Part shown: positions 16,888 to 25,988 of the stretch, piece after piece | Layout: every line of letters begins with the position of its first letter | Numbering within the stretch: the first letter of the stretch is position 1 | IMG/VR virus record: IMGVR_UViG_3300016474_000485 | Coordinates: 1-52,923 of that record | DNA: 52,923 nucleotides | Origin: a virus | Taxonomy: Duplodnaviria > Caudoviricetes | Strand: one strand, 5' to 3' | Notes under the pieces: generated by a model | What the model saw: only the letters and a program-made list of their open reading frames with translations | What the model was told of the DNA's origin: nothing | The model's database searches: none | Translations under genes and position numbers: made by a program

Positions 16888-18119
16888 AATCTTAATATCA
16901 TCTCTTTATTCTCTTCGTACTTATCCAATTGAGGTATAATTTCAAATCCAGCTTTTTTGTAAAAAGAAACTAACTCTGGTAATAATAACCCAGTATTACC
17001 CATTGGTGATGCATTTAAATAAACTATTGATTCACCTATCTCTTTTGCATATTCAATAGCTTTAGCTAATAATTTTTTACCGTAACCTTTATTTTTATAT
17101 TTATCATCAATCTTTATAGATTCTATTTTAATAAAGTTACCATCTGGAAATATTTCGTAAAACTCGTCTTTACTCATTTCGCCTTCAAATTCATAATACG
17201 CATTAAATTCACGTTCAAGTATAACACTACCAACTATATCACCTTCACCAATGAATCCAGTTATTGTTATTCTGTCTTCATCTTCATTTACTTCAAACTT
17301 TAACTCACCATCTTCTTCATATAGTTTAGTCTTGTTTTCATCAATACTAACGGATTTATCATATGCGCTAATTAGTAAATCATATAATTCACCCATTATA
17401 TTGTTTCTTCTTAAAAGTTTAAATGCAATATTTTCTGAGGAAAATTCACCAGCACCTTCAAGGCCAGCTTGTCTCATCTTTTTGATTCTGTCCTTAAGCT
17501 TCTCCAATCTATCAACAACAATATCGTACTTTTTAGAATTATATTCTTTTTTAATGTCTGATAATATGTTTACGATTTTATCGTATTTTGCTTTTACTTC
17601 TTTTTTGTTTATCGTTGGATTAATCTTTTCTGGTTTAATTAACCATTTTTCATTTAATAAAGAATATACACCAGTTGAATGGTGCTCTTGCTCATTACCT
17701 TGAACATACAATTCAACATCATAACCTTTTATCTTAATATCGTGGTTATCATTCCAAGACCTAGTTTTGGCATCTAATAATTCTTTAATTAACTCTTCTT
17801 TATCACCAAACTTTTTGGTATCTATTAGTATGTGAACATCGAAATCAGAATATTTTGACCAGTTATAATTTGCCAAACTACCAGTTAATATAATATCAGA
17901 TATTGGTATTTTTAAATCCAATGATTCATAATATTTTTTAGCAATATCAATTAAGGTTTTTTTAATCTCTGGTTTTAACTCAGAATCAGTTAACCAAACT
18001 ATTGGATTTAAAGTTTTATTTATCTTAAATGATGAGAAATCTAACTTATTGATGATTTCATTTAATTCTGAATCAGCCAATAATCCTTCTCTCAATAGTT
18101 TTTTAATAAAAATATTCAT
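16884..18119 (-). CDS. Pol-beta-type nucleotidyltransferase fused to a GNAT acetyltransferase
   Basis: GSLANYNWSKYSDFDVH, DVELY; C-terminal YKNKGYGKKLL...FYKKAGF. Confidence 0.75.
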   Translation of the reverse strand: MNIFIKKLLREGLLADSELNEIINKLDFSSFKINKTLNPIVWLTDSELKPEIKKTLIDIAKKYYESLDLKIPISDIILTGSLANYNWSKYSDFDVHILIDTKKFGDKEELIKELLDAKTRSWNDNHDIKIKGYDVELYVQGNEQEHHSTGVYSLLNEKWLIKPEKINPTINKKEVKAKYDKIVNILSDIKKEYNSKKYDIVVDRLEKLKDRIKKMRQAGLEGAGEFSSENIAFKLLRRNNIMGELYDLLISAYDKSVSIDENKTKLYEEDGELKFEVNEDEDRITITGFIGEGDIVGSVILEREFNAYYEFEGEMSKDEFYEIFPDGNFIKIESIKIDDKYKNKGYGKKLLAKAIEYAKEIGESIVYLNASPMGNTGLLLPELVSFYKKAGFEIIPQLDKYEENKEMILRL

Positions 18120-18157
18120 ACTTATAAATATCAATATCAAATAAAAAAACCCATCAA

Positions 18158-18667
18158 TTAATGGGTTTTCAATAATGATTTACCTAATCGTATTACTTTA
18201 TCTTTAAACTCATCATAAGTACCATTGTTTTCAATGATTATATCAGCATCAGATTTATCAATGTTGAACGAGCTTTTATCTTCTTGTGGTAATCTATCTG
18301 AAGCATCAACCCATATGATTAAATCAAATAGATTTTGTTTTATACATTCTTTAATTTCTCTTGAATCACGCATGCCGACATAGCAATCAGTATAATTTAA
18401 AATACCTTTTGCTAATTTAGCTTTATCTTCGATATTGTAATCACATATCAATTCATACCATTCAGACCTATGGTTAACTCTATCTTCAAAACATTCCTCT
18501 GGTGTGCTATATCCATATTTTTCTTTAAGTGCATCATATATGAATATTTCAGCAGCTGCTTGTGATGATGATTTGAACTTTAGTTCAAAATGTTCTTCTA
18601 ATATTTCAGCCATAGAATCTTTCCCATGTCTGGCACTACCCACGATGCATAATTTTGGTAATTTCAT
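18158..18667 (-). CDS. dNMP kinase-like P-loop protein
   Basis: IVGSARHGKDS, GMRDSRE, DIIIENNG. Confidence 0.6.
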   Translation of the reverse strand: MKLPKLCIVGSARHGKDSMAEILEEHFELKFKSSSQAAAEIFIYDALKEKYGYSTPEECFEDRVNHRSEWYELICDYNIEDKAKLAKGILNYTDCYVGMRDSREIKECIKQNLFDLIIWVDASDRLPQEDKSSFNIDKSDADIIIENNGTYDEFKDKVIRLGKSLLKTH

Positions 18668-18703
18668 TTTTTTAAATTTTTACAAATATACTACATTTAA
18701 ATT

Positions 18704-18733
18704 AAAAATCCCACCTATTAGGCTAGGTGGGAT
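18704..18733 (-). terminator. Terminator of the small-RNA/tRNA unit
   Basis: ATCCCACCTA-GCCTAA-TAGGTGGGAT-TTTT. Confidence 0.8.
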
Positions 18734-18753
18734 GTAATCACTTTTGTGACCCT

Positions 18754-18818
18754 TCAGAAAGATTTTTTTTGTTACTATCGATTTATCTATATGTTTTTAC
18801 TTTTGCAGTAATCTTTCT
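18754..18818 (-). ncRNA. Candidate small RNA, stem-GCAA motif copy 1
   Basis: AGAAAGAT-TACTGCAA...ATCTTTCT-GA. Confidence 0.5.
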
Positions 18819-18844
18819 TTATTGCTCAAGCACAGTTTGAGTCG

Positions 18845-18928
18845 TTGCGGGGGTGGGACTCGAACCCACGAGGTCTTTCGACACCAGGTTATGAGCCTGG
18901 CCAGCTTCCAACTACTAACTACCCCGCT
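18845..18928 (-). tRNA. Initiator-like tRNA-Met(CAT) with a long variable arm
   Basis: A1/A72 mismatch, GCGGGG/CCCCGC, CCAGG-CTCATAA-CCTGG, variable hairpin GTC-GAAA-GAC. Confidence 0.8.
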
Positions 18929-18940
18929 ATATGTCATTTA

Positions 18941-19003
18941 TCAGATTAGCATTTTTTGTTAACTAAGATTTGCAGTCTAAAAAATGTTTGCTGAAACTAA
19001 TCT
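18941..19003 (-). ncRNA. Candidate small RNA, stem-GCAA motif copy 2
   Basis: AGATTAGT-TTCAGCAA...GCTAATCT-GA; internal AGA-CTGCAAA-TCT resembles a Cys anticodon loop. Confidence 0.5.
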
Positions 19004-19060
19004 TTAAAAAAAAGTGTTATGTTAATAACATTGCAATATTACTACACACTTTTAAAAAAA

Positions 19061-19267
19061 TCAACCTTTTTTATCATATAATTCAACAATAACAAAAATA
19101 CTGTGTTTTTTTGACACATTGTGTATGACACTTATTACATTATAATAAGTTTTGTCACTATCTAAATATATTAACTCACCAACTCTTGGTATGTGTTTAA
19201 CTTTTAGTGATGGTAACATTATGTCCCATTCACTATTCATTAAGGTTATCGAATAACTACTAAACAT
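19061..19267 (-). CDS. Hypothetical protein
   Basis: 68 aa, IPRVGELI motif. Confidence 0.55.
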   Translation of the reverse strand: MFSSYSITLMNSEWDIMLPSLKVKHIPRVGELIYLDSDKTYYNVISVIHNVSKKHSIFVIVELYDKKG

Positions 19268-19371
19268 AAAACAATTTTAATTATTTTTTACAAAAAATAA
19301 AGACTAATGTTTATTTAAATATCATCTTTAATATATTTATAGGTATAACAATACATTAAATCTATTTAGCT

Positions 19372-19416
19372 ATGTGTGGATGTACTTCTAAACCAAAACC
19401 AAGACCAAGAAAATAA
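19372..19416 (+). CDS. Candidate 14-aa micropeptide
   Basis: MCGCTSKPKPRPRK downstream of an ATATTTATA motif. Confidence 0.35.
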   Translation: MCGCTSKPKPRPRK

Positions 19417-19656
19417 TTAGGATTGTTCTTCAGTGTCATCTTTTTTAGATTTTCCAAATCTTTCAGATGCTGTGAATCCTAATCCAGCTATAACTATGAA
19501 TTCCATAGATGTATAAATATTTTCAGATATTGTATAATTTGAGAATAAATCAACTAGGAAACCAATAACCATAGTTAAAAAAGCTAACAAAGTCACAACA
19601 CGTTTACTTGATACTTTACCGTGTGAACTAAACATTTCAGTTACAAATTTTTTCAT
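19417..19656 (-). CDS. Two-TM small membrane protein (holin-like)
   Basis: SSKR followed by two hydrophobic helices and a charged tail. Confidence 0.5.
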   Translation of the reverse strand: MKKFVTEMFSSHGKVSSKRVVTLLAFLTMVIGFLVDLFSNYTISENIYTSMEFIVIAGLGFTASERFGKSKKDDTEEQS

Positions 19657-19743
19657 AATACTATTTTTATAATAAGTATCATAAAAACAAAAAAAGAGGG
19701 TATTTACCCTCTTTTATTTTTCTTGTTATGTCTAATTATAACA

Positions 19744-20163
19744 TTATGCAATACCAACTAGCTCTAAATCAAAAACTAATGTTTTTCCAGCTAATGGGTG
19801 GTTACCATCTAATACAACTGTATCTTCTTTAACTTCTTTAACAACAACGTTAAATGTTCCTTGCTCACCTTCTGATACTAACTGAGCTCCAGCTTTCACA
19901 TCTGCTGGTACAAGACTTCTTGGTACTTCTTGAACCATCCCTTCTAACGGATATCCGTAAGCTTCTTCTGGTTTTAATGTAATTGTTTTGGATTCACCAA
20001 CCGTCATACCTAAAATGGCATTTTCGAACCCTGGGATAACTTGCATCGTCCCAACCTCAAATGATATTGGTTCGTTATTTACCGATGAATCAAAAACTGA
20101 ACCATCTTCGAATTTACCAGTGTAATGTACTTTTACAGTATTACCGTTTTCAACTTTACTCAT
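19744..20163 (-). CDS. slyD: FKBP-type peptidyl-prolyl isomerase
   Basis: VHYTG, FDSS, VIPGFE, PEEAYG, DGNHPLAGKTL. Confidence 0.9.
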   Translation of the reverse strand: MSKVENGNTVKVHYTGKFEDGSVFDSSVNNEPISFEVGTMQVIPGFENAILGMTVGESKTITLKPEEAYGYPLEGMVQEVPRSLVPADVKAGAQLVSEGEQGTFNVVVKEVKEDTVVLDGNHPLAGKTLVFDLELVGIA

Positions 20164-20314
20164 ACTTTTTTATTTTAGTTTAATTTTATTACTAAGTTTA
20201 ATTAAAAATTATTAAAATGTAAATAAAAACCCAGCATGCGTTTTATGCTGGGTTAATTTTTTCTAACCTGTTAGGTAATTTGCTTTGGTTAGAAGCTTTT
20301 AGCATTTTAAATAG

Positions 20315-20687
20315 TGGAGATGGTGAGATTCGAACTCACGTCTTACTTATTCTCAAAAAGCTTTCTACATGTTTAGGTTGTAATTTAATCTAATTACCCA
20401 AAATCCTTACAGTTCCCTTATTACAGTTCGGTTTACTGAAAACTAATCTTCTGCTTATTTAGTTTAGACTCCAATAAGTTAGAGGTTTTGGTGGACTACC
20501 ACCATCGCATTATCTTAGGCTAATGCTACCTCTCCTTCGAATACTTCTACCGAAGCATTCTCTAGGAAGTTTTCGTCAATGTCAAATGAATTGCCATTTA
20601 CAAAATCGATAGGTAATTAAAGTGTTTCCATCTAACACTACATGCTTACTAGACAAGACCATAAATAATCAATGCCGTGTCATCCCC
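20315..20687 (-). ncRNA. ssrA: tmRNA
   Basis: 5' GGGGATG / 3' CATCTCC-A with G3.U70, T arm GTGAGTTCGAATCTCAC, tag frame 20515-20595 ending VALA-stop. Confidence 0.9.
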
Positions 20688-20803
20688 ATAAATTAAAGAA
20701 CTTGTATGATACAAATATACCACAAGTTTTTATAAATATCAACTTTTTTATAAAAAAAATGGGAAAATTTCTTTTCCCATTATAATGTAGCACCGTTTTT
20801 GTT

Positions 20804-21172
20804 TTAATCGTTTAAGATTTGTTTTTTTTCTGACTTTAATATTAATTCGCCAGACACCCTGGTTAAGTTGGATATTTTTGAATCTAACTTATCACATCTA
20901 GAATCGATTAACCTTCTGATTTCATCAAATTCATTACGATATGTATTATCGTTATAATTTACAGTTTCATAAATTTGAGTGATTAATTTATCAAACCTAT
21001 CGTCAGTATACCTACTATTTTCATTAATTCTTTGGTGAATATCTTCCACCATTCTTTCAAAGTTGTTAACATCAACCTTATTTTTCAACTTGATGAACGC
21101 AACCACAATACTTGTTAGTATTGCAACAACACCCAATGTTGATAAAACTGATACTATTATTATTGTTTCCAT
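20804..21172 (-). CDS. Membrane-anchored helical protein
   Basis: N-terminal TM segment followed by a helical region. Confidence 0.6.
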   Translation of the reverse strand: METIIIVSVLSTLGVVAILTSIVVAFIKLKNKVDVNNFERMVEDIHQRINENSRYTDDRFDKLITQIYETVNYNDNTYRNEFDEIRRLIDSRCDKLDSKISNLTRVSGELILKSEKKQILND

Positions 21173-21218
21173 ATTATTTATTTTTTTAAAAAATTGTTAT
21201 ATGGTGCTACATTTTATT

Positions 21219-21941
21219 TTATTTTTTTGGTTTATTCTCAACAATACCATCAATGATACCATATTCTAAAGCTTCATCAGCACTTAACCAATTATCTCTA
21301 TTACAATCAGCTAATACTTGTTCTTTAGATTTACCGCAATAATCACCCAACATGGTAAATAATTTCTCGTTATACTTAATAGCTTCAGCTAAACTAATTT
21401 TAATATCTTCAACATGTCCAGATGCACCAGAACTAACTTGGTGTAACATAACTTTACTATTTGGTAATGAATATCTCATACCTTTTGTTCCAGCACCCAA
21501 AAGTATTGACCCCATTGATGCAGCCATGCCAGTATTTATTGTTGATATTTTAGATGAGATATAATTCATAACATCCACCATACTTAAACCAGATTTAACA
21601 GAACCACCTGGGCTATCAATGTGCATTGTTATGATTTTATTCTCCAAATTATCTAAGAACATTAACTGCGCTTGTACAACTGTACTCATAGCATCGTTAA
21701 CTGGTCCAGCAACCCAAAGAATTCTATCCATCATTAATCTATCAAATACTGACATTAATGTTACCCTCATTTCTCTCTCTTCTAACACCATGGGTGTCAT
21801 ACTACCAAAAACTTGACTATTTTTATAGATATTATCTTGTAGTTTCTCCCAGTAATATAATTGCATACTCGAAATACCCATATGATTCATTGCATATTTC
21901 TTAAATTCATCATAAAAATCTAATTTCATATAACTTTCCAT
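21219..21941 (-). CDS. clpP: ClpP protease
   Basis: IDSPGGSV, AASMGS, MLHQ, RDNWLSADEALEYGIID. Confidence 0.95.
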   Translation of the reverse strand: MESYMKLDFYDEFKKYAMNHMGISSMQLYYWEKLQDNIYKNSQVFGSMTPMVLEEREMRVTLMSVFDRLMMDRILWVAGPVNDAMSTVVQAQLMFLDNLENKIITMHIDSPGGSVKSGLSMVDVMNYISSKISTINTGMAASMGSILLGAGTKGMRYSLPNSKVMLHQVSSGASGHVEDIKISLAEAIKYNEKLFTMLGDYCGKSKEQVLADCNRDNWLSADEALEYGIIDGIVENKPKK

Positions 21942-21942
21942 A

Positions 21943-22632
21943 TTATTTTATTTTAAACCAATTTTTAAATTTTTCATTTTTACTATTTAACCTATATTTT
22001 ATAGAACTTCTACTAATATTAAGTAACTCACTAGCTTCTTTTATCGTTTTGTAAATAATACCATCAATACTAACCATTTGTGATTTAGGATTATTTTCAC
22101 ACATAAATTTAGAATGTTCTGGATTTTTACGTCCACGCATTATTTTAGATAATTTTTCTTTAGTTTCTTCAGTATGCGGAAATCCACCACGTTTTTTAAC
22201 CGCTTCACTGATGTTTTTTCTATGTTCATCTGTTACAATTTTATTTTTAGCTGATTCACTCATTTTTTTTCTAGTTTCATCACTAAAAATTCTATTTTTT
22301 AACTTTTCAGATTTTTTACGTTTTATTTCAAAAAGTTCATCCTCTGTTTTAGTGTAAATCCAATGACCACCACCTTCACCACCAATTGTTGAATTGTACC
22401 CATTTTTAAACGTATCATATAACTCAATGTAATACATTTCTTTTAAATTTAATAATTCAACCGTTTCAATATTATCTTCTAAAATAACTCTATCAAAAAT
22501 ATTTTTACCATATTTTTTAGCTATTCTGTTAGGTAATAAACCAGATGACCAATAATCTTTTTTATTACCATTATGTTTTCCAACGTATTTTTTATCGTTC
22601 CTAGTATCGATTAACATATAAATGTAGCCCAT
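21943..22632 (-). mobile_element. GIY-YIG endonuclease with NUMOD3 repeats
   Basis: GYIY...YVGK, GYNSTIGGEG, SDETRKKMS, HTEETKEKLS. Confidence 0.85.
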
Positions 22633-22712
22633 ATTTATTACTTTAATAATAAATATGTCCAACATTAGTGAAGTAAAAATATTATATAAAATTTATTCGT
22701 AAATTGTTGTTA

Positions 22713-22967
22713 TCATAATCTACTTGTTTGAATATAAACTGGTGTATTTTCACCCATCCATGCTCCTATAATATTATAGTCGAAATATTCTATGGCTTCT
22801 TCGTAAGTCATACCATCACGTTCAACCATAATATCTAACATTTTATCCACATCATAAGCAACGACAGGGCCGAGATTAATTCTCTCGGCCATACCAATAA
22901 TTGCTTCATCAAAACCGTCACATAATAATGCTTCTGGATTGATATCTTCTATTTCCTCTCTGGTCAT
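22713..22967 (-). CDS. Phage hypothetical protein
   Basis: DGFDEAIIG...EAIEYFDYNIIGAWMGENTP. Confidence 0.65.
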   Translation of the reverse strand: MTREEIEDINPEALLCDGFDEAIIGMAERINLGPVVAYDVDKMLDIMVERDGMTYEEAIEYFDYNIIGAWMGENTPVYIQTSRL

Positions 22968-22969
22968 AA

Positions 22970-23395
22970 TTAAGCTTCACTTTCTACTTCAGAGTTTTTC
23001 TCTTGTGCGTAGATTAATTTAACCAATTCTTTAAGTTCGATACATTGCTCAGCACCATATTTTCTCAAAATACCGCTGTAAGTTGTAAAATCAGTTTTAC
23101 TAACAACTAATTTATCTTTTTCAGTATCATAATGAATACCAGATAATGCTTCGTCAGCAATAATAACCTTTTGCACTTCACTTAATTGGTCAAAAACTTT
23201 CTCATTAATAACAAGGAATACATCAATACCAGTTTTGTATTTTGTTAAATCATTAGTTTTGATTGGCTTGTAAATCTCTTTTTGTCTGTTATTTACAAGT
23301 ACTTCAATGTTAACATATCGGTCAAGGTCCGAATTAACAATTACACCATCAAAAATTACTTTTGTGTCTTCAAATGGTTGTTCAAATTTTGCCAT
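22970..23395 (-). CDS. Hypothetical protein
   Basis: 141-aa ORF in an operon. Confidence 0.65.
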   Translation of the reverse strand: MAKFEQPFEDTKVIFDGVIVNSDLDRYVNIEVLVNNRQKEIYKPIKTNDLTKYKTGIDVFLVINEKVFDQLSEVQKVIIADEALSGIHYDTEKDKLVVSKTDFTTYSGILRKYGAEQCIELKELVKLIYAQEKNSEVESEA

Positions 23396-23436
23396 ATTAT
23401 TTATTTTTTAAAATTAATTACAATGCAATAATACTA

Positions 23437-24474
23437 TTAATTTTCATTCTCAACAACATTATCATGTAAATTTTTTAATTTTTCTAATATTTCTTTTTCT
23501 TCTTCACCTAATATTTGTGGCATTTGGATGTCTAAATTAATATCTAAATCACCACGTAATTCAGAGTTTAATAACTTCATGCCTTTACCTCTAACCCTTA
23601 ACGTATCTCCAATTTTATTTAATTCTGGTATTGCTATTGATATTTTACCACCGTCTATCGTGTCTATTTCGGCTTTTCCACCAAGAACCATAGTGTGATA
23701 AGGTAATTTTAAACTGTATTTTAAATCATTACCATTTCTAACAAATCTTTTATTAGGCGTTTCGTTGAATGTGATTATTAATTGACCAGATGTACCATTT
23801 TTAACAGCTTGACCTAATCCAGCGTATGCCATTGACATACCATCAGCAACCCCAATTGGTATTTGAATATCCAATATCTCTTCCTTTTGTTTAACACCAG
23901 CACCAGAGCAATCGTTACAAGCTCTTGAATATGTTTTACCTTCCCCATCACATCTTGAGCATGTTGTCATGTTTTGCATAACTCCGAATGGTGTTCTTAT
24001 TTGTTCAACAACCATACCTTGACCACCACAAGATGGGCATGTAATTGGGTCATGACCTCCAACTGAATTGCAACTCATGCATGCTTCATATCTATTGTAT
24101 TTTATCTTTTTAACACCACCATTATATATATCCTCAAGTGATAGGTGTATGTTTAACCTTAAATCTTGACCTCTGCGTTGTCTTTGTCTCTGTTGCCTAC
24201 CACCAAATCCAAACTGATTAAATAAGTCGCTGAAATCGGCTTTAAATCCACCTCCACCACCTCTCGGTTGATTATGTCCGAATGTGTCGTATTGTTGTCT
24301 CTTACTATCATCGGATAATACATCATAAGCTTCAGCAATTTCTTTGAACTCTTCTTCGTTACCACCAGAATCTGGATGTTTTTCCTTTGCTAATTTTCGA
24401 TATGCTTTTTTTATTTCTTGAGCATTTGCATCTTTTTTTAACCCCAATATTTCGTAATAATCTCTCTTACTCAT
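23437..24474 (-). CDS. dnaJ: Chaperone DnaJ
   Basis: DYYEILG, HPD, G/F region, four CxxC-type zinc motifs. Confidence 0.95.
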   Translation of the reverse strand: MSKRDYYEILGLKKDANAQEIKKAYRKLAKEKHPDSGGNEEEFKEIAEAYDVLSDDSKRQQYDTFGHNQPRGGGGGFKADFSDLFNQFGFGGRQQRQRQRRGQDLRLNIHLSLEDIYNGGVKKIKYNRYEACMSCNSVGGHDPITCPSCGGQGMVVEQIRTPFGVMQNMTTCSRCDGEGKTYSRACNDCSGAGVKQKEEILDIQIPIGVADGMSMAYAGLGQAVKNGTSGQLIITFNETPNKRFVRNGNDLKYSLKLPYHTMVLGGKAEIDTIDGGKISIAIPELNKIGDTLRVRGKGMKLLNSELRGDLDINLDIQMPQILGEEEKEILEKLKNLHDNVVENEN

Positions 24475-24524
24475 CTATTTATTTTTGTTTAAGAATAATT
24501 ATTATTGTTGAATAAATAAATAGT

Positions 24525-25181
24525 ATGTATAGAGTTGTTCTATTAAAAAATGGTAAATATAAGAAAACATTACACAGGTGTCAAACTAGGGAAACTTCAT
24601 TTATTAAGTTTAGAGCTTTAAAGGAAGAGAATAAGAAAGTTATATTCCCTAAAGGTAGTGTTAATTATAATAAAATAGAGAAAGTTAATTATAAGATATG
24701 TGTTGTTAAAGACACTGAAGAGGGTGATAAGTTTAGAATGCTTAGGGATTCTTATGGTAAATTATATCAAGAACCAGCTTTGGGTGATTGGACTATATTG
24801 GATGATGCTGATTACCAAATAGAAGAAACCTTTTGGTTATTTGGTAAAAACCCAAAAAATGATAGGGTAACAATACATGATATAGTTAAATTATTAATGA
24901 GTGGTGTCTATAAGAAAAATATGACTAAACAAATAATCGTAGTTTATAATAAATTGGTAATTCATAATGAAGACCAATTTGATATGGTTATTTGTAAATG
25001 TATTGATGATGCTCAAAGATTACATCATATGTTAGCTAAGGTAGCTAGAAAGAATAAAATAAAGAATTTATTGTTTATGGGTACTGCTAGTCAAGCGACT
25101 GTTAGTAGAATGTATGATTTAATTAAAGATAAGACTGGGTGGCCCATCCAAAAGATATGGAGGACCACCACAAGACCTTAA
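24525..25181 (+). CDS. Hypothetical protein
   Basis: 218-aa ORF filling the gap, divergent from dnaJ. Confidence 0.7.
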   Translation: MYRVVLLKNGKYKKTLHRCQTRETSFIKFRALKEENKKVIFPKGSVNYNKIEKVNYKICVVKDTEEGDKFRMLRDSYGKLYQEPALGDWTILDDADYQIEETFWLFGKNPKNDRVTIHDIVKLLMSGVYKKNMTKQIIVVYNKLVIHNEDQFDMVICKCIDDAQRLHHMLAKVARKNKIKNLLFMGTASQATVSRMYDLIKDKTGWPIQKIWRTTTRP

Positions 25182-25501
25182 TCTTCATTGTCTAATTCAA
25201 CTTCATGTTCTGCTGAATCTATACCTAAATCGGCACCTTGACCAACGTCAAAATTTTTAGCCAAATCTTGTATCATTTGGTTGACTTTTTCCATGTCAGC
25301 CTCATGCATTAAGACTGGATTTATACATTCAATCCTCTCTTCACCATCTGTTGGTAAAAAGAAAGCCATACAGTTAGCTTCTCTTTGTGCAATTGCATTA
25401 TTTACTGAATCAGCAAATGATTTGATTATATCACCTTGCATCATCACTTCTCTGTCGAGATAAAACACTAAAATTAGTGGGTAACCTTTTTGAATTTCCA
25501 T
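25178..25501 (-). CDS. Hypothetical protein
   Basis: 107-aa ORF. Confidence 0.65.
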   Translation of the reverse strand: MEIQKGYPLILVFYLDREVMMQGDIIKSFADSVNNAIAQREANCMAFFLPTDGEERIECINPVLMHEADMEKVNQMIQDLAKNFDVGQGADLGIDSAEHEVELDNED

Positions 25502-25505
25502 TTGT

Positions 25506-25703
25506 TTATTGATTTATATATTCATTATATGTCATTTCCTCAAATATCGATATTTCACCGAACTCATTAGTTAATTGATTTACTACATCATTCATATTGT
25601 CATTAGTTGCATATTCACAAGCTAATGGTGAACCACCTAAATCGGTAACGTATACAATATACTTACTACCGTCTTCTTTGATTTGTTTTTTTACTATTTT
25701 CAT
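25506..25703 (-). CDS. Hypothetical protein
   Basis: 65-aa ORF. Confidence 0.55.
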   Translation of the reverse strand: MKIVKKQIKEDGSKYIVYVTDLGGSPLACEYATNDNMNDVVNQLTNEFGEISIFEEMTYNEYINQ

Positions 25704-25773
25704 TTATAATATTTTATATCATTATTATATAACAACAATATTTATTTTTTTTGAAAGTGTAAACATTAAAAAC

Positions 25774-25803
25774 AAAAAAAACCTAGTATTTCTACTAGGT
25801 TTT
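25774..25803 (-). terminator. Terminator after DUF2828 and its RNA
   Basis: AAAACCTAGTA-GAAA-TACTAGGTTTT plus T-tract. Confidence 0.8.
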
Positions 25804-25813
25804 AATGTCTGTT

Positions 25814-25974
25814 TCAGAATACTGGGGCTATATAGCCTAACCCTGTAAAGCTTTACCACTTTTATTTATTTTTTGAACCTTGTGGTGTCGGTCCCTGGTG
25901 TGGGTAACATTCCGCTACCCACTCCTCTGCGTTGATAATTGAATTTAAATTTAATTATTTGCAGTATGTATTCT
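25814..25974 (-). ncRNA. Candidate structured RNA (stem-GCAA motif copy 3; Y-RNA-like candidate)
   Basis: AGAATACA-TACTGCAA...GTATTCT-GA enclosing GC-rich hairpins (GTGGGTAGC/GTTACCCAC, GGCTA/TAGCC). Confidence 0.6.
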
Positions 25975-25988
25975 TTAAACAGTTTTTT

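Noticed and set aside
21943-22712. Duplicated clpP N-terminus around the GIY-YIG gene
   Set aside because: clpP is intact and no second N-terminal fragment is visible upstream; the nuclease is free-standing.
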